Source of the DNA: Owenia fusiformis
Lineage: Eukaryota
NCBI GenBank assembly: GCA_903813345.2
Contig: CAIIXF020000001.1
Location: 36,022,001 to 36,086,000 of the forward strand
Length of the DNA stretch: 64,000 nt
Direction: 5' to 3'
Positions 59,363 to 64,000 of the stretch are shown here, piece by piece. The notes under the pieces were generated by a model. That model searched no databases and had not been told where the DNA came from. It saw nothing but the letters and a program-made list of their open reading frames with translations. Made by a program: the position numbers and the translations under genes. Position 1 is the stretch's first letter. Each line of letters starts with the position of its first letter.

Positions 59363-61048
59363 AGTTATACCTATTTATTGACTTCAAGACCAGGAGTAGA
59401 ACGCATGTTTCAGATTGGGCAGCAAGTGGCTAATATTGAACAGCTGCATTCTCTATGTTTTGAGGAATATTGAGTCATTGACCTCAACTAATTAATGAAA
59501 AATATGTTACTTGACTTCCAGAAAACTCATTTAGAGGTCAGACTTGGTAGATTGAATCTGGGAAAATTATTCTGTTTTATATTCATTCACTGTAATGAAT
59601 GTGTCTGGATGTATATATCAAATCCCAAAAAAAGATTTCATCAAAGACTTTGATTTGTAATATTAATCAAGTTCTTCATGTTCAAATATAAATTGCTTTA
59701 TTGACAGGATCATTCCCACCCTTTTCAATTGTACGGTTTTGCTTCTCTAAAAATACCCTAATCTTTACTACTGACTAAAACTCTGGACCTCAGGGTAGAT
59801 TACTAAGGGACATTTATATTAGGATGCATGAACTGGAAGGCCATCTAGAATTTAGAACTTCAAGTCAAAATGTTTTTTTAGAGAACAAAATTCTCTATTT
59901 TTTGTTATTATCTAATCTTACACCTACCCTATTGAGGTGATAAATATAAGTAAAGGTTTAAGAAACCTCTTGACACAAAAGGTATAAGATGTAAAAAGGT
60001 AAAGTTTTAAAAAATGAGGTATACAATTCTTGAAAAACATGATATATAAGGGATTGAGGGACCCCTAATTACCCCCTCCCTTAATTGCCAATAGAAAAAC
60101 ATTGATTTAACTCAAGCTTTCTAAAAGACAATTTATAAAGAGTTAGTTTACAATTGTTTAAGTTGACAGAATTCATTACAGAATGATCTATATTGTCATC
60201 AAATTCCTCCTAGCTTCGTTGCATTTTGTACTGTCACTATGACAAACGCTTTATTGTGTAATCAATCTCTCTTGTTATGTTAGGAAAGGTTTCTTAAATT
60301 ACTAAGAGATCATGTCATTGTGTTCGATATCTTATCATATAGTAATTGTACATTACCATAAGCTTGGGAATTGCTAAAATATTCACTCTTGATATAAAGG
60401 ATGGAAGACGTCCATTTGGATTATTTGAGATGAGCGTCATGTGATTAGTCATGTTATGTCAGACATTTTTGTTGCTCTAGATAAATTCTCCCTTGTAAAG
60501 TCAGTCATTGCTTATTTCCTCATTTTCAATGCCAATTACTGACATGTTTGAGATGACTTCACTTACTATTCAATTCTTGATATCTTAATGATATTTTTGG
60601 ATTGGAATCATGCTAATAGAAACCATATTCTCTCATTAGGGGCTTTAATGATAGGCCCATTGGAGGGTTTGACTCCTTGTGATTTATAACTTTGTTGATT
60701 AAATCGGTAAGACTTATGATGAACGATTTTATTGATCATAACTTTTTTGACAGTTTATTTTCCTGACGCCAGATTAAAATATAAGATTTCTGGCCAGCAT
60801 GGGAAATGATTTCAAGTTTCCTGTTTTCTGCACAAAGATAAAATATGAGTTTTGAGTTGAATTTGCAGTTTTATTATTATCTCTCTGGTTTGGTAGTTGT
60901 GTGGTAATAATCCGGTGTTTGGTGGTTGGTGTTTGTTGTCTGGTGGTTGGCATCTGTAACAAAGTCAGATGGTGAAATTTTGCATGTTAATGTTTTATTT
61001 TTAATATATTGTTTATGGTTTAATTTCAGTAATTCTATGAGATTCTTG

Positions 61049-61191
61049 ATTTTTTGTCATCACGACAAGTGTTACCACCAACTTTTTTTGAGGACTGCGG
61101 TCGATGTTCGGCATCGGGTGGTCAGTGTCTGTAACAAATGACATCTGTAACAAATGGCAGGTGATGATATTTTGCATGTTAATGCCTTGTG
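61049..61191 (+). mobile_element. Very short Helentron-like element (gcatgttaatgcc family), with a similar remnant at ~60890-60992
   Basis: tttttgtcatcac ... gtctgtaacaaa ... gtgatgatattttgcatgttaatgccttgt. Confidence 0.5.
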
Positions 61192-62471
61192 TACATATAT
61201 TTTAAATTAAAAAAATCAGTGAACTTTATTTAAATATAATTTAATAATACATATATAAATAAATGACAGTATCTGTATTACCTAAATGTTCCTGGCTAAT
61301 ATGGACTTTTATGTGACTTTTGGTGCAGTTAGAGACCTATGTCAGACATATTTGAATAGTAATCTGAAGGAAACCAGGACCTTTATTTTAGCTAATTGTG
61401 CTATAGATCATCGGAAATTATATCAAAGATATCAATTTATTTTTAGGCAATCAAAGATAAACGAATTTTGGTTTCCATGATGTTAAGAAAATCTATTTTA
61501 GTTCTACTTTTGTAGCGCTTGGATGAGATCGTCCAAAATCAGTGATGCGTGTAACAAAGTATTTTTCTTACATAGAACTTGTCTACTAGTGTATTTTTCA
61601 TCCAAATATGTCTAATAAAATCAATTTAGGATGTGGTAACTAGATTCCAGTTTGGCTAAGAGGGACAAGTATTTTAGCTGTTGAAGTACTTCTGCTTATT
61701 TGTTTTTATCGACCCAATTTTTCGGGGAATTGAATTGAAATTCTTGACCTGAAATAGATTAAGCAAATGAATTTTTTATAGTCAGCTTGACATGCTTTGA
61801 GCTTCTTTCTTCAGGTTCTAAATATTATATGTATGTTTGATAACGTGACATGATACTGTAGTTTGCCACTGTTGGCTCAATTCAAATTACAATTCGAAAA
61901 CTAGGAAAAGAAGCACGAGGACAGCTGTCTGTAAGCATGAATTACAATAAAATTTTTACCGTCTCTTTTCTATGCTATACCTTTAATTTTGGTGATATGG
62001 TGTTATTGTTTGAAGCCTCTGCATGAATGTATGTAGGAAGAATGTGTGATAAATGTTGCTTTTGTAGCTTTCCTATATCAAAAATAGGGCAGGATGCTTC
62101 TTATGACCACGGGTGGTGGTTACAGAAACTAGGTAACGCAGAGGTAAATTCTAAGCGATGTTTATTTATTTAGAGATTTGCAATCAGGCCAGCTATCTTG
62201 CTCACTTCAGCTTTCAGATAGAAACTTCACATCAGGGAGTAAGAAATAACAGAATTCTTTTTAGAATTAAAGTTTTAGCATTTCCATTGCTATTATGCTT
62301 TTGAAGAAATATATTGATGTAAATATGGGGAGATTCTATTTAATTGTTTCAATGAAGGTTCATTTTTTATGGAAATAGTTTGTCAGGTATGAATAAATCA
62401 TGGTTTCAATGTTCTTTTGATCACAAATAGTTTATTAAGTATTTAGTTTATAATAGTCAAGATTCTGTTTA

Positions 62472-62967
62472 TGGCCTAGTCACATAGCCCGGCCGATGAG
62501 GTTCCGATGAGCCAGCGATGCAATTTTCACCGAACTCGGCCGAACACCGGCCGGACACCGGCCGGACATCCGTGGTGTTTGTTGCTTAAAACCGCATCGG
62601 TGGCAGCTCGGTGAAATTTTAACTTCGGAGTTAAATTTCACCGGGCTCTCACCAAGCTCCCTCATCGCAGCCCCATTGTAACCACATCAGAACACACGTC
62701 GGCCGGTGCACGGCCGAGTATCGGTCGGTGTCCCGTGCATCTGAGACAACCAGAGGACGAGGTTTTTTTAACGGACACCGGCCGAGCTCCGACCGAGCTC
62801 CGGCCGATGTGGGACAGAGCCTTGGAAAGTATAGTACCTGAAGATGTCCGGACGGAGTCCGTTCACGTCACCGAGCTCTGTTTCCGATGAGGAGAGCTCG
62901 GTGGCACCAAAAAAATCCACCGAGCTCTACCGATGCCGGACATCGGCCGGGCTATGTGACTAGGCCA
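62472..62967. mobile_element. PIF/Harbinger (Tourist-like) MITE, GC-rich
   Basis: Perfect 27-bp TIR tggcctagtcacatagcccggccgatg / catcggccgggctatgtgactaggcca, with a TTA target duplication on both sides. Confidence 0.93.
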
Positions 62968-63254
62968 TTAATCCCTATGCAAAACTCAGTTATTTTATCT
63001 CTAGATAAAAAGAATAATGTTATGCTACAAGACACTCATGGAACGTAAATATTTATGTCCAGATTGATCTGTGTGAAATTGATTGTCACAATTGTATTTC
63101 CACTGTCTTAGTTTGATTGACGCAGAGATTTACATTGTAAGAGTAATCGTTATCCAGCCTAGGCAAAATTATAAAGATTTTCTTTTTGTTTGGAATAACA
63201 ATGTCTAATACACTCGACTGTTTCTATACCTAATTACATACATTTTGGTCTCAA

Positions 63255-63325
63255 ATGACCATATCAATAGAAATGACCATAAGAATTGAAATGACCATAA
63301 AAATGGAAATGACCATAAAAATGGA
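63255..63325 (+). repeat. ~17-18-bp tandem repeat (4 units)
   Basis: Repeated gaaatgaccataaaaatg. Confidence 0.75.
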
Positions 63326-64000
63326 CAGGTGGACTGTATTCTTGTTTTTGTAATTCTGTTTTGTGCTGCAATCATGAATCAATGACATCATTATGTATTC
63401 CATGAATAAGGTGATAATAAGCTTATGTGAAGTGATACTTTGAGCAGTTTTGATGATTTTTTAGTGAAGATCTTGAATTTACCTGATTTTGAGGTTGATA
63501 AGCAAAGGGCGGTTTTATCAATTCATTTTAAGTCCGTTAATAGACTTGTATTATAATTACAATACCGCATATTGGTAATTTTAGAGAAATCAAAATCCGA
63601 GAAAAAAGCATTTTACAGGAAAATCAAAACATAATTCTTTTTGGCCTGGCCTGAAAGTATCGCAACAGATTTTGGCTATTTTCTGAGGATTTAAACAGGT
63701 GCATATGTTAGATCAATGCATTACCTCCAGGGAAAGCACTCATAGAGATGATAAATGATTTCGACTTTGAGACAGGGAAGATGCAAATAACCCACCCACA
63801 TGTTTATTCTGAAATGTTGTTATGATTTTCAACCCCTTCCACCCCTACTTTTTAATTTTTGTTGCATTAATATATTGCATTTTGACACACAGTAGACCCC
63901 TTTAAAGGAATAAGTGATTCTTTTGGGGGTTTTAAAGATATCCATTATGGGTGTCCAAAATTAGCTGAAAGCAATGGATCGTATGAGTTTTCCATATAGG

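Overview
AT-rich, repeat-dense animal genomic DNA. The repeat repertoire suggests a marine invertebrate or lophotrochozoan, but that is inference. The only confidently identifiable host gene is the 3' end of a DISP3/PTCHD2 (Patched/Dispatched RND-family) gene on the + strand, with exons at 1886-2018, 2280-2446 and 2862-3230. Its first visible exon is preceded by a nearly homogeneous 73-bp tandem array, each unit being the splice acceptor plus the first ~68 nt of the exon, so at least 25 decoy acceptors precede the only productive one. The rest is intergenic or intronic. It contains a ~3.5-kb tandem segmental duplication, several non-autonomous Helentron-like elements with covarying terminal structures, and a miniature LTR element (TRIM-like, tRNA-Leu PBS) hit by a fresh LINE insertion. 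It also has two long-TIR Tc1/mariner deletion derivatives, many MITEs (TA, TTA and 5-bp target duplications), a 44-bp perfect hairpin element, a tRNA-derived SINE-like head, several minisatellites (one with perfect ERE palindromes) and a few weak exon candidates. No database searches were run; family assignments rest on motifs read by eye.
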